Part shown: piece after piece, positions 41,887 to 53,292 of the stretch
Layout of the letters: every line of letters starts with the position of its first letter
Numbering within the stretch: position 1 is the first letter of the stretch
Origin: an uncultured virus (IMG/VR IMGVR_UViG_3300050343_000171)
Taxonomy: Duplodnaviria; Heunggongvirae; Uroviricota; Caudoviricetes; Crassvirales
Reading direction: 5' to 3' (one strand)
DNA length: 64,000 nt
IMG/VR virus record: IMGVR_UViG_3300050343_000171
Notes under the pieces: generated by a model
Database searches by the model: none
Told to the model about the DNA's origin: nothing
Seen by the model: the letters and a program-made list of their open reading frames with translations, nothing else
Program-made: the position numbers and the translations under genes

Positions 41887-42390
41887 ATGGGATACGGTAC
41901 AGGTAAAAAAGACATGCCAACAGTTAATGGAATTGCTATGGCAGGCAAAATGCACGGAGGTGGAGTAAATTTATCACCAAAAAAAGAAAATACAGGTGGT
42001 GGTATGGATCTTAATCAAAAAAAAATGATGGCTGGAGATTATAGTCCTAATAAATCTGGAATTATTTCAGGAGGTCATCCAAAAGGAGGCTTTATGCATA
42101 AATCAAAAAGCATGGGTAATCCAAAAAGTCAAGGATATAACGATAGACAAGACGAATCTTTAGGTATGAAAGATGGTAAAGAATCTGGTAAGAAACAATC
42201 TATGAAAGATCGTAGAGATGAAAGAGAAGGAGAAAATGAAAGTCAAGGTAATAAACCTGATGGTCTTACTAAATATGGTAGTGGTCATGGTAAAAAAAAA
42301 TCTCCTACTAAATTAAAAGGTGGCCAAGTAAAGCTAGATAAAAACAAAAATGGAAAAATTGATGGAGAAGATTTTAAAATGATGAAATAA
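41887..42390 (+). CDS. Low-complexity G/K/M-rich protein with a C-terminal EF-hand-like motif
   Basis: DKNKNGKIDGEDF; SPxK repeats. Confidence 0.6.
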   Translation: MGYGTGKKDMPTVNGIAMAGKMHGGGVNLSPKKENTGGGMDLNQKKMMAGDYSPNKSGIISGGHPKGGFMHKSKSMGNPKSQGYNDRQDESLGMKDGKESGKKQSMKDRRDEREGENESQGNKPDGLTKYGSGHGKKKSPTKLKGGQVKLDKNKNGKIDGEDFKMMK

Positions 42391-42448
42391 AGTAAACCAA
42401 ATAATACCATTACATACATACCAATTTTAACAAAACAAAAAAATTATT

Positions 42449-42802
42449 ATGAGTTATTTAGAAATTCCAATTACGGCCGTAAATGGTCAGACAAAGTACG
42501 TTATCGCAAAAGACAAGATAATGTTAGTAAGACAAGGTGATGCAACTTTACCTAATCCAACTGCAGGTACAGTAGGTACAACTGTGAGTTTATTTTTAGA
42601 CAGCGGATTAGCTACACAAGAAGTTATTACATTTACTCACACACAGGCAGCTGCTGGATTTAATGTGGCTGATATTATCAGTGATACTATTACTGGTAAC
42701 CCAGGAGGTATTGTTGCTAAAGTTGGTGGTATTCCAGCTACAGTTAGTGCTAGCGGACAAGCTTTAAGTTTTGTACAGTTTAGTGCACCAGTATTAGCTT
42801 AA
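42449..42802 (+). CDS. Hypothetical, possibly structural protein
   Basis: 117-aa ORF. Confidence 0.6.
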   Translation: MSYLEIPITAVNGQTKYVIAKDKIMLVRQGDATLPNPTAGTVGTTVSLFLDSGLATQEVITFTHTQAAAGFNVADIISDTITGNPGGIVAKVGGIPATVSASGQALSFVQFSAPVLA

Positions 42803-42949
42803 TATGAAATCAGGCCTAGGTGATAAGATAGAATCTTTTACTAAAGCAACTGGTATCAAAAAAATGGTAGACACAGTGTCACAGGGTTTAAATATACCCT
42901 GTGGCTGTGAACACCGTAAAAACGTATTAAATAAAATGTTTCCTGGAAA

Positions 42950-43258
42950 ATGAGTTTTAAATTAACACCTCCTTTTAAAAAAAATCCTACTCCAATAGTT
43001 AACATGCCATTAGGTGATGATATTATGGGTAGAGCAGACAAAAGAGGTACTATTTTAATTAACCAGGATATGACACAGCAAGATGATATAATAGATACTA
43101 TTAATCACGAAGAGGTTCATATAAAACAATTAGCTTCTGGAGAATTAGATTATGACGAGAATAATGTTTATTTTAAAGGTAAAACCTATCCTAGATCTAC
43201 ATTTAATGAAGCAAATAAAAAATTACCGTGGGAAGCACCCGCATATAAAGCAGGATAA
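42950..43258 (+). CDS. Small zincin-like metallopeptidase
   Basis: HEEVH (HExxH) followed by PWEAPAY. Confidence 0.65.
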   Translation: MSFKLTPPFKKNPTPIVNMPLGDDIMGRADKRGTILINQDMTQQDDIIDTINHEEVHIKQLASGELDYDENNVYFKGKTYPRSTFNEANKKLPWEAPAYKAG

Positions 43259-43260
43259 TT

Positions 43261-43716
43261 ATGTCTAAACCTAAAAAAAAATTTAAAGATACTAAAGTGG
43301 GTAAATTCTTACTAGGTAAATCAGGTATTGTAGATGTGATTAGTAATATATTGCCTGATCGAGGTGCGCTAGGTATGGTTAAAAATCTTATACATAAAGA
43401 TCCAGACCTACCACCACAAGATAAGGAAATAGCTCTTAAGTTATTAGAGCAAGATATGACTGAACTACAAGAGGTTACAAAGCGTTGGTCAAGCGATATG
43501 AAGTCAGATTCATGGCTTAGTAAAAATACACGACCAATAGCTTTAATATTTTTAACAATATCTCTTATAGTTTTTATATTATTAGATGGGTTTGATATAG
43601 CTTTTAGCATTGATACTGGCTGGATTGACCTTTTAAAATCACTTTTGATAACCGTTTATGTTGCTTATTTTGGTTCTCGAGGTGCAGAAAAATTTAAATC
43701 AATAAGCAACAAATAA
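43261..43716 (+). CDS. Holin-like membrane protein
   Basis: RW.SDM.SDSWLSKNTRP, two TM segments and AYFGSRG.EK. Confidence 0.75.
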   Translation: MSKPKKKFKDTKVGKFLLGKSGIVDVISNILPDRGALGMVKNLIHKDPDLPPQDKEIALKLLEQDMTELQEVTKRWSSDMKSDSWLSKNTRPIALIFLTISLIVFILLDGFDIAFSIDTGWIDLLKSLLITVYVAYFGSRGAEKFKSISNK

Positions 43717-43730
43717 TTAAATTTAATAAA

Positions 43731-43985
43731 ATGAGTGAAGTAAAATCAATGATTACCAAAGACCAGTTAGAAAAAATCCAAGGCTTTCAAAAACAGTTAA
43801 ACAAACTATTAAATGAAGTTGGATTTTTAGAAGCCCAAAAAGCCCAAGTATTAGGGAAATTCGGTGAAGTAAATAAAGAAACCGAGGATTTCAAAAAAGA
43901 ATTAGAAAAGGAATATGGCTCTATCAATATTAATTTAGAAGATGGAACATACGAACCTATTGAAAAAGAAGAAGATAAGAAATAA
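43731..43985 (+). CDS. Coiled-coil hypothetical protein
   Basis: LEKEYG.ININLEDG. Confidence 0.65.
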   Translation: MSEVKSMITKDQLEKIQGFQKQLNKLLNEVGFLEAQKAQVLGKFGEVNKETEDFKKELEKEYGSININLEDGTYEPIEKEEDKK

Positions 43986-44212
43986 TGTCTTCAATTATTA
44001 GAAAGATAAGTATTGGTTCTGACTATAAAACTGATGCTATGCATTATTCAGTAGGGCAGTCAGTATATGGTGGTCATACTATATCACATATACTTTCTGA
44101 TACAGAAGATAATTCTTATAATATTTTTATCAAAAAACAAGACGAGGTATTGCCGTGGAAGAAGTTTAATTCTAACATGGCTATATCCGTTGAGTATGAT
44201 TTAGAGTATTAG
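43985..44212 (+). CDS. Hypothetical protein
   Basis: 75-aa coupled ORF. Confidence 0.65.
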   Translation: MSSIIRKISIGSDYKTDAMHYSVGQSVYGGHTISHILSDTEDNSYNIFIKKQDEVLPWKKFNSNMAISVEYDLEY

Positions 44213-44817
44213 TGAAAAGCTTATTTGATTTTATTGTTGAGCCAGTAGGCCAGCGATATAATAATGAAGTTAAAGTAGGTGACAAAAGCCTTATAATTAA
44301 CACACAGGTAGAAACTTTTAAATCTGTAAATAATATAGCTAAAGTTATTGAAATACCTTTATCTTACAAAACTCCTATACAAAAAGGTGATTTAGTTATG
44401 ATTCATCATAATGTGTTTAGAAGATGGTATAATATGAAGGGTAAAGAAAAAAACAGTAAATCTTATTTTAAAGATAATTTATATTTTGTTCAACAAGATC
44501 AAATATATTTATATAAAAAAAAAGATAAATGGAAAGCTTTTAATGATAGATGTTTTATAGCACCAATAAAAGATAAAGTTGAAATACATAATGTTTTAGA
44601 GCAAAACCTTATTGGTATATTAAAATATGGTAATAATGCGTTAGAAGCGCTAGAAATCAACGAGGGAGATCTTGTTGGCTATAAACCATTTGGAGAATAT
44701 GACTTTGTCGTTGATGGCAAACGTCTTTATTGTATGAAATCTAATGATATTGTAATTAAATATGAACGTCAAGGAAACGAAGTTGAATATAATCCAAGCT
44801 GGGCACAAAGCAGTTGA
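44212..44817 (+). CDS. Putative tandem GroES-like protein
   Basis: Two halves with FIVEP...IQKGDLVMIH and FIAP...INEGDLVGYK...VDGKRLYCMKSNDI. Confidence 0.55.
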   Translation: MKSLFDFIVEPVGQRYNNEVKVGDKSLIINTQVETFKSVNNIAKVIEIPLSYKTPIQKGDLVMIHHNVFRRWYNMKGKEKNSKSYFKDNLYFVQQDQIYLYKKKDKWKAFNDRCFIAPIKDKVEIHNVLEQNLIGILKYGNNALEALEINEGDLVGYKPFGEYDFVVDGKRLYCMKSNDIVIKYERQGNEVEYNPSWAQSS

Positions 44818-45034
44818 AGAACTTATTAAAGTTGCTAAAGAAGCTATTGTTGATTCTGATGATGATATATCAGCTGATAGATTAAAAAATGCTGCAGCTA
44901 CAAAAAAGCTAGCTATATTTGATGCTTTTGAAATACTTAATCGTATACAAGAAGAAAGTAATATATTAGAAGATATAATTGTAGATAAAAAAGAAACTAC
45001 TTTTAAAGGTTTTGCTGAAAAAAGATCTAAGTAA
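44762..45034 (+). CDS. Putative terminase small subunit
   Basis: Helical 90-aa protein immediately before the large terminase. Confidence 0.5.
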   Translation: MNVKETKLNIIQAGHKAVEELIKVAKEAIVDSDDDISADRLKNAAATKKLAIFDAFEILNRIQEESNILEDIIVDKKETTFKGFAEKRSK

Positions 45035-47255
45035 TGTACGAGCAAAATTTATATAAAATAGTTGAACCTATAAAGCCACATGTTATTAAAAGACTCAATA
45101 AGTCTAAAAAATGGGAGTATGGTTATAATAAAGAATATGATATTATAGTAATAAGCAGAACCGGACAAATCGGTGAAATATACGAAATACAAAACCTTGT
45201 AATTGCTTTGCCACTAGAAAATAATTCTTATAAAAGATCTAATTCTATAAAAGATCAACACTGGGAAGTGTTTGAAAAAAGAAGAGAATTAAAAAATATT
45301 AAAACAATATTTGATTGGAAAACTTACCCAGACACATTTAAACAAAAACTGCACAATTACATAGATGAAGAATTTAAAAGAAGAGACGAAGGTTTCTGGT
45401 TTTATAACAAAGGTGTTCCTACCTATATTACTGGTACTCACTACATGTATTTGCAGTGGTCAAAGATTGATGTTGGGCAACCAGACTTTAGAGAAGCAAA
45501 CAGATTATTCTTCATATTCTGGGAAGCTTGCAAAGCAGACAAAAGATGTTATGGCATGGCATACCTTAAAAACAGAAGGTCAGGATTCTCTTTTATGGCA
45601 TCGGGCGAAACCGTTAATATGGCAACAATCTCAAGTGATGCAAGATTCGGTGTTCTCTCAAAATCTGGAGCGGATGCTAAAAAGATGTTTACAGATAAAA
45701 TTGTTCCAATCTCAGTTAACTACCCGTTTTTTTTCAAACCGATCCAAGACGGTATGGACAGACCCAAAACGGAGCTCGCATATAGAGTTCCAGCGTCAAA
45801 GTTTACAAGAAAAAAGCTTGAAGCAAATGAACGGCTTGAAGAAATGGTTGGACTCGATACAACTATCGACTGGAAAAATACTGGAGATAACTCCTATGAC
45901 GGTGAAAAACTTATGCTCCTTGTACACGATGAAGCGGGTAAATGGGAAAAGCCGGAAAACATCTTAATAACTGGCGTGTTACAAAAACAACATTAAGATT
46001 AGGTAGTACAATAATTGGTAAATGTATGATGGGGTCAACGAGCAATGCTCTTGATAAAGGCGGTAGAAACTATAAAAAATTATATGATGACTCAAATGTT
46101 ACCAAAAGAAACCGCAATGGACAGACTAGCTCAGGATTATATAGCTTGTTCATACCTATGGAATGGAACTACGAAGGATACATTGATGCTCATGGATACC
46201 CTGTCTTTGAAACTCCAAAATCCGAAGTTGATGGCATCGATGGCCAAAAGATTGAAATTGGCGTCATTGAACACTGGGAGAACGAAGTAGATGGCCTTAA
46301 GAATGATCCTGATGCACTTAATGAATTATATAGACAATTTCCTCGCACAGAAAAACACGCGTTTAGAGATGAAACAAAACAATCTTTATTTAATCTAACT
46401 AAGATATACGAACAAATAGATTATAATGAAGATTTAAAACATTCGAACGTGGTTACTCAAGGTAATTTTCAATGGGAAGATGGTATTCAAGACACTAGCG
46501 TTATATTTGTACCAAGTAAACAAGGTAGGTTTATGGTTTCTTGGGTTCCTAATATAAATCAACAAAATAGAATACTTATAAAAAATGGTAAAAAATATCC
46601 TGGTAATGATCATATGGGAGCTTTTGGGTGTGACAGTTATGATATATCCGGAACAGTAGATGGTAGAGGATCAAAAGGTTCTTTACATGGTTTAACTAAG
46701 TTTAGCATGGAAGACGCTACCACCAAATTTATTTTTTTAGAATATATAGCAAGACCACAAACTGCTGAAATATTTTTTGAAGATGTTCTTATGGCTTGTC
46801 ATTTTTATGGTATGCCAATATTAGCAGAAAACAATAAACCAAGATTATTATATTATTTTAAAAGAAGAGGTTATAGAGGTTTTTCTATGAATCGACCAGA
46901 TAAAACAATGCATAAATTATCTATAACAGAAAAAGAAATAGGTGGTATACCAAACTCAAGCCAAGACATAAAACAAGCTCACGCCGCTGCAATTGAAGCT
47001 TATATTGAAAATTTTGTAGGTTACAATAATGAACAATATGGATCAATGTATTTTCAAAGAACTTTAGAAGACTGGGCTGCTTTTAATATAAATGATAGAA
47101 CAAAACACGATGCGTCGATAAGTTCTGGATTAGCTATTATGGCTTGTAATAAAAATAAATATAGACCCGTTGCTGATCTTATTAAAGAACCTGTAAATTT
47201 AAGTTTTTCTAAATATGACAACAGAGGCAATGAATCAAAAATAATTAATAGATGA
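45034..47255 (+). CDS. Terminase large subunit (one indel near 45960)
   Basis: Walker A-like KNRRSGFS, Walker B LLVHDEAGK, coupling motif GSTSN, nuclease FGCDSYD and terminal HDA.ISSGLA. Confidence 0.9.
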
Positions 47256-49665
47256 AATTAAACACTGGTATTAATAGTGCGTTTCCTAGTCAGATGGTAT
47301 CTGAAGAGGAAAAGAAATCTTTAGAATATGGTTTGTTAGTAGGGCAAGCTATTGAATACGAATGGTTTAGAGGAGGTAGAGTAAATGGTAGTAGATGGAA
47401 TACAGGTTATCAAAATTTTCATAACTTAAGATTATATGCTAGAGGAGAGCAAAACGTACAAAAATATAAAGATGAATTATCTATTAATGGTGATTTGTCT
47501 TATTTAAATTTAGACTGGAAGCCAGTTCCTATTATACCTAAGTTTGTAGATATAGTAGTCAAATGGTATGTGCTAAAAGTTTTGATATAAAAGCATATGC
47601 TCAAGATCCTTTTTCTTTAAAAAAAGAACTACATATGCAGATGGTGTTGCAAGAGATATGTTTGCAAAAGATATAATAGCTAATGCCGAAAAAAATACAG
47701 GATTAAGCTTTAAACAATCTTCTTTACCTAAAAAGATTTACCTAGATCAAAAGAAGAATTAGAGTTACATATGCAATTAAGTTATAAGCAAGGTATAGAA
47801 ATAGCAGAAGAAGAAGCTATAAATAATGTTTTAGCTTTTAATAAATATGATTTAGTAAATAAAAGAGTAATTGAAGATATAATTACAATTGGAATTGGAG
47901 CTGTTAAAACTTCTTTTAATAAATCAGAAGGTGTTAGTTGTTGATTATGTTGATCCTGCTAATTTAGTTTATTCATATACAGAATGATCCTAATTTTGAA
48001 GACATATATTATGTTGGTGAAATAAAGTCTATGACTTTAGCTGAAATTAAAAAAAATTTCCTATTTAACTGATGAAGAGTTAAAAAAAATGGTTAGGTAT
48101 CCAGGGCGTGATGGTTATATTGCTAATCCTAATTACGATAACGATTTAGTTCAAATATTGTTTTTTGAATATAAAACATTTATTGATCAAGTTTTTAAAA
48201 TAAAAGAAACTGAAAATGGTTTACAAAAAACTTTAGAAAAACCAGATACGTTTAATCCACCTAAAAGTGATAATTTTAATAGAGCTTCAAGAGTCTATAG
48301 AAGTTTTATTTAGTGGTGCTAAAGTTATGGGTGTTCCACAAATGCTTAGAATGGAAAGCTAGCAGAAAACATGACAAGACCAAAAAGTGATTTAACTAAA
48401 GTTAATATGAATTACGCTATATGTGCTCCTAGTTTATATCAAGGTCGTATAGAATCGTTAGTAAGTAGATGTACAAGTTTTGCTGACATGATACAGCTTA
48501 CATCATTTAAAATTACAACAAGTAATGTCAACGTATGGTACCAGACGGTGTGTTTGTAGATGTTGATGGATTAGCTGAAGTTGATTTAGGTAATGGTACT
48601 AATTATAATCCGCAAGAAGCTTTAAACATGTATTTCCAAACAGGTAGTATTGTTGGTAGGTCAGCTTAACACAAGATGGTGATCCGAATAGAGGTAAAGT
48701 ACCTATACAAGAATTACAATCATCTAGTGCTAATGGTAAAATACAATCATTAATACAATACTTATCAGTATTATTTACAAATGATAAGAGATGTAACAGG
48801 GCTTAATGAAGCAAGAGATGGTTCTATGCCTGATAAAGATGCTTTAGTTGGTTTACAAAAAATGGCAGCTAATGCTTCAAATGTGGCAACGCGACATATA
48901 TTAAGGTCTAGTCTATATTTAACTTTAAGAGCTTGTGAAAATATTTCATTAAGAATAGCTGACATGCTTGAGTTTTCTTTAACTAATAACGCTTTAAAAT
49001 CTAGTATTGGAAAGTTTAGTGTAGGAAATTTAGAAGATATGAAAGAATTACATTTGTATGATTTTGGAATATATTTAGAACTAGAACCTGAAGATGAAGA
49101 AAAAGCAATGTTGGAACAAAATATACAAATAGCTTTACAATCTCAAGGAATTGATTTAGAAGACGCTATAGATATAAGACAAATAAAAAATCTTAAGTTA
49201 GCTAATCAAATGCTAAAGCTTAAAAGAAAACAAAAACAAAAAGAAGATCAAGCTAATCAAAAAGCTATGATTGCAGCTCAAGGTGAAGCTAATGCTAAAA
49301 CAGCCGAGCAAGCAGCATTAAATGAGGTTCAAAAAAGAGAAGCTATGGCACAAACAGAGATACAAATAGAGCAAGCTAAATCTCAGTTTGAAATACAAAG
49401 GATGGAACAAGAAGCTATGATTAAAAAACAATTAATGGCTGAAGAATTTAATTATCAAATACAACTTGCTCAAACACAAGCTCAAGTTACAAAAACAAAA
49501 GAAGCTGAAATAGAAGATCGTAAAGATAAAAGAACTAAAATTCAAGCTACTCAACAAAGTGAAATGATTAGTCAAAGACAAAACGCTACATCACCAACTG
49601 ATTTTGAATCCGCAGGAAATGATAATTTAGGCGGATTTGGTTTAGAGCAATTTGAACCACAATAA
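47252..49665 (+). CDS. Portal protein (multiple indels)
   Basis: Follows terminase; SYLNLDWKPVPIIPKFVD, MIRDVTGLNEARDG and a Q-rich C-terminal coiled-coil barrel. Confidence 0.82.
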
Positions 49666-49695
49666 AATTTTTATTAATTTATATTATATTATATT

Positions 49696-50853
49696 ATGTC
49701 AGAACAAGTAAAAGAAGAAGGTACGTTTAAAATTAAACGTAAACCAAAACAATTGGTAAACGACGGTATTATTAAAGTTGATTTATCAAAACCTAAAAAA
49801 GAAACAGATGCCATTCCAGTCGGAGAAACAAAGAAAGTGGTTGTGGGCGAACAAACCGGAAATAGCCCTAAAGTGGACGAACGAGTACCAGAGTCCAGCC
49901 CGGTTTCTGAAATTAAAGAAGAAGAAAATAAACCTATTGAAGACAAAGTAGAAGAAGAAATACAGCAAATAGGTGAAAAAATTGAACAAAAAGTTATTGC
50001 TCCTACGCCAGAAGAGGCGAGAGAAGTAGCTAAACTACCAGAAAATATTGAAAAAGTTGTAGACTTTATGAAAGAAACTGGTGGATCATTAGAAGATTAT
50101 GTAAGATTAAATGCTGATTATTCTAATGTAGATAACAATACTCTTTTAAGAGAGTATTATAAACAAGCTAAGTCACATTTAGATTCAAGCGAAATTAACT
50201 TTATGATTGAAGATAATTTTTCATTTGATGAAGAAGTTGATGAAGAACGCGAGGTTCGTAAAAAGAAACTTGCATATAAAGAAGAGGTTGCTAAAGCCCG
50301 AAAGCATTTAGATGGTTTAAAAAGTCAATATTACGAGGAAATCAAGTTGAGACCTGGTACGACACAAGACCAAAAAAAGGCAATGGATTTTTTCAACCGC
50401 TATAATGAAGAGCAAAACACAGCTCAACAACAACATGAAGATTTTAAATCTGTTACTAATAAATATTTTTCCGATAATTTCAAAGGTTTTGAGATCGATT
50501 TAGGAGAAAAAAAATTTAGATATGGAGTTAAAAACCCTAGTGAAGTTGCAACTAAACAATCAAATATTTCCAACACAATTAAGAAGTTCTTAGATGATAA
50601 AGGTAATGTAAATGATGTTAAAGGTTATCATAAAGCTATGTACGCTGCTGACAATATTGATTCTATTGCAAAACATTTTTATGAGCAAGGTAAATCCGAT
50701 GCTACTAAAAATTTAGTTGCAAAATCTAAAAACATATCTGACGACATTAGGCCTACGCCTAGTGGAGACGTATTTGTTAATGGATTAAAAGTTAAAGCTA
50801 TCAGCGGCCTTGATTCTTCTAAATTGAAGATAAAAACAAGAAAATTTAACTAA
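49696..50853 (+). CDS. Capsid scaffolding-like protein
   Basis: Acidic disordered N-terminus and helical body, located between portal and capsid. Confidence 0.65.
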   Translation: MSEQVKEEGTFKIKRKPKQLVNDGIIKVDLSKPKKETDAIPVGETKKVVVGEQTGNSPKVDERVPESSPVSEIKEEENKPIEDKVEEEIQQIGEKIEQKVIAPTPEEAREVAKLPENIEKVVDFMKETGGSLEDYVRLNADYSNVDNNTLLREYYKQAKSHLDSSEINFMIEDNFSFDEEVDEEREVRKKKLAYKEEVAKARKHLDGLKSQYYEEIKLRPGTTQDQKKAMDFFNRYNEEQNTAQQQHEDFKSVTNKYFSDNFKGFEIDLGEKKFRYGVKNPSEVATKQSNISNTIKKFLDDKGNVNDVKGYHKAMYAADNIDSIAKHFYEQGKSDATKNLVAKSKNISDDIRPTPSGDVFVNGLKVKAISGLDSSKLKIKTRKFN

Positions 50854-50871
50854 AAAACAAAACAATTAATT

Positions 50872-52392
50872 ATGGGACAAATTTCTCCTGTGTTTGGAAG
50901 CATTATACCTTCTCAAACTCAATTAGCGCTACAAAACAATTACCTAGCGTTTAATGCTGGTGCAAATGACTTTGCACAACAATACTTACCTGAGGTTTAT
51001 GAAGCTGAGGTAGAGAGATACGGAAATAGAACTTTAAATGGTTTCTTACGTATGGTTGGCGCTGAAATGCCAATGACATCTGATCAAGTAATTTGGTCTG
51101 AACAAAACAGATTACACGTGTCTTACACTGGTGTAACTCTCGTTGGAACTGCTGCTGCAAACGGAAATGTATTTACTTTTCCATTAGCTAATGGTGTTCA
51201 AAATGCTATTTTTGCAAACGACACTATTGTTGTAATGAATCCAGCTACTGGTGTTACAATAAAAGGTGTTGTAGGTACTAGCCAAAATATCGCTGGTCCT
51301 CTTGCATCTATTACTGCTTTTACTTTTGTAGGAAACAGCTGGCTTACTTTAGCTGATGCAGGTGTTGCAGCTGGAGCTGCTAACAGATCAACTTCGTTGA
51401 AAATATTTGTATATGGTTCTGCTTTTGCAAAAGGTACATCTCAAGCTACGGCTCAAGGTGCTGCTCCTAATGCTGCATCTTACAAATCTATTCAACCACA
51501 GTTTACTCAATTTTCTAATCAACCAATTATCATAAAAGATTCGTTTCAAATAAATGGTTCTGATATGTCTCAAATCGGTTGGGTAGAAGTTGCTACAGAA
51601 GATGGTACATCAGGATACTTATGGTATTTAAAGTCTGAGTCTGAAACAAGACTAAGATTTGATGACTACTTAGAAATGGCAATGGTTGAAAGTGAATTAG
51701 CTAGTGGTGCTGGTGCTAACAGTTTTGCTGCTGGTGCAGCTGCTGGAAATGTTCCGGGATATAGTGCTGCAGTTAATGCGCATGGATCAGAAGGTTTATT
51801 TGCTGCTATTCAATCAAGAGGTAACATACTATCTGGTTTTTCTGGAGGTACTGGTATTTCTGACTTTGATCAAGTTCTTAAGAACTTAGATACTCAAGGC
51901 GCTATCGAAGAAAACATGCTTTTCTTAAATAGAGATCTTGATTTAGAATTTGACGATATGCTAGGGCAAATTTCTGCTGGTTCTTCTGGTGGTACTGCTT
52001 ATGGTTTATTTGAAAACTCTGAGGATATGGCACTTAACCTAGGTTTCTCTGGTTTTAGAAGAGGTTCTTATGACTTCTACAAAACTAGCTGGAAATACTT
52101 AAACGACGCTTCTACAAGAGGTGCTGTTGCGGTTAACAATATCGAAGGTGTATTAATACCTGCTGGAACTTCAACTGTGTATGACCAACAACTTGGTACT
52201 AACATAAGAAGACCGTTCCTTCACGTTAGATATAGAGCTTCACAAACTGAAGACAGACGATACAAAAACTGGATCACAGGATCTGCAGGTGGTGCTTACA
52301 CTACTGCGTTAGATGCGATGCAAGTTAATTGGTTGACTGAAAGATGTTTGGTTACTCAAGCCGCGAATAATTTCGTATTATTCCAACAATAA
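50872..52392 (+). CDS. Major capsid protein
   Basis: 506 aa, high-expression codon bias, follows the scaffold, ends WLTERCLVTQAANNF, followed by a strong terminator. Confidence 0.82.
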   Translation: MGQISPVFGSIIPSQTQLALQNNYLAFNAGANDFAQQYLPEVYEAEVERYGNRTLNGFLRMVGAEMPMTSDQVIWSEQNRLHVSYTGVTLVGTAAANGNVFTFPLANGVQNAIFANDTIVVMNPATGVTIKGVVGTSQNIAGPLASITAFTFVGNSWLTLADAGVAAGAANRSTSLKIFVYGSAFAKGTSQATAQGAAPNAASYKSIQPQFTQFSNQPIIIKDSFQINGSDMSQIGWVEVATEDGTSGYLWYLKSESETRLRFDDYLEMAMVESELASGAGANSFAAGAAAGNVPGYSAAVNAHGSEGLFAAIQSRGNILSGFSGGTGISDFDQVLKNLDTQGAIEENMLFLNRDLDLEFDDMLGQISAGSSGGTAYGLFENSEDMALNLGFSGFRRGSYDFYKTSWKYLNDASTRGAVAVNNIEGVLIPAGTSTVYDQQLGTNIRRPFLHVRYRASQTEDRRYKNWITGSAGGAYTTALDAMQVNWLTERCLVTQAANNFVLFQQ

Positions 52393-52401
52393 GATTGCTT
52401 T

Positions 52402-52439
52402 AAAGAGTTAGGCGCTTCGGCGCCTAGCCCTTTATTTTT
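52402..52439 (+). terminator. Intrinsic terminator after the capsid gene
   Basis: GTTAGGCGC-TTCG-GCGCCTAGC followed by a T-rich tail. Confidence 0.9.
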
Positions 52440-52461
52440 ATTAATTATATTATATTATATT

Positions 52462-53226
52462 ATGTCAAAGACTAAAAAAACAGAAGCCCCTCAATGGGAG
52501 ATAAAGAGTAGAACTTATCTACTATTAAATAACGCAGAGCCGTTAACTTATACATTAGGATCAAAAAATTCAAGAAGATCACCACTTATGTGGTTTGATG
52601 AAACCACTGGAACTCAAAGAGAAATTAGATATGCAACTAATCAAAATTCATGTTTTGTTGATGAACAAAAAGGTGAAGTTACAATGGGGCACATTATATT
52701 TGAAGAAGGTGTTTTAACAGTTCCTAAGGAAAAACAAAATTTACAAAAATTATTATCTTTATATCACCCAAGATTAAACAATACTTATTATGAATGGCAA
52801 GCTGATGAAGTTGCTGAAGACGAGCTTGATGATATAAACTTAGAACTTGATGCTATGATGGCAGCAAAAAACATGGATATAGATCATGCTGAAGCTGTTT
52901 TAAGAGTGGAAAAAGGATCTGGAGTTTCAAGTTTAAGCTCTCAAGAATTAAAAAGAGATCTACTTTTAATGGCTAGAAAAAATCCAGAAGGGTTTTTAGC
53001 AATAGCATCTGATGACAATGTTGGTTTAAGAAACGTTGGAATTGTAGCGGTAGAACAAAGCATTTTAAAACTTTCTCAAGATCAACGAGAATTTCTATGG
53101 GGAAGTAATAATAGAAAATTAATGACTATACCATTTGATGAAAATCCATATTCAGCTTTAGCTGCTTGGTTTAAAACAGATGAAGGTGTAGATGTTTACA
53201 AAACAATTCAGAAAAAGTTACAATAA
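52462..53226 (+). CDS. Conserved virion-module protein of unknown function
   Basis: 254-aa ORF after the capsid gene. Confidence 0.65.
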   Translation: MSKTKKTEAPQWEIKSRTYLLLNNAEPLTYTLGSKNSRRSPLMWFDETTGTQREIRYATNQNSCFVDEQKGEVTMGHIIFEEGVLTVPKEKQNLQKLLSLYHPRLNNTYYEWQADEVAEDELDDINLELDAMMAAKNMDIDHAEAVLRVEKGSGVSSLSSQELKRDLLLMARKNPEGFLAIASDDNVGLRNVGIVAVEQSILKLSQDQREFLWGSNNRKLMTIPFDENPYSALAAWFKTDEGVDVYKTIQKKLQ

Positions 53227-53244
53227 CATGTAACTATAATTATA

Positions 53245-53277
53245 GTGAAGGGTCACTTTTGTGGCCCTGTCATTATT
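53245..53277 (+). terminator. Possible terminator or hairpin
   Basis: GTGAAGGGTCAC-TTTT-GTGGCCCTGTCAT. Confidence 0.5.
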
Positions 53278-53292
53278 AACTAAAATATTAAA

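Noticed and set aside
3156..49665. Many split genes (nrdA, nrdB, ligase, sigma, terminase, portal, giant protein) as pseudogenes or programmed frameshifts
   Set aside because: The breaks are scattered single-base indels, often in homopolymers and in essential genes, which is typical of uncorrected long-read error.
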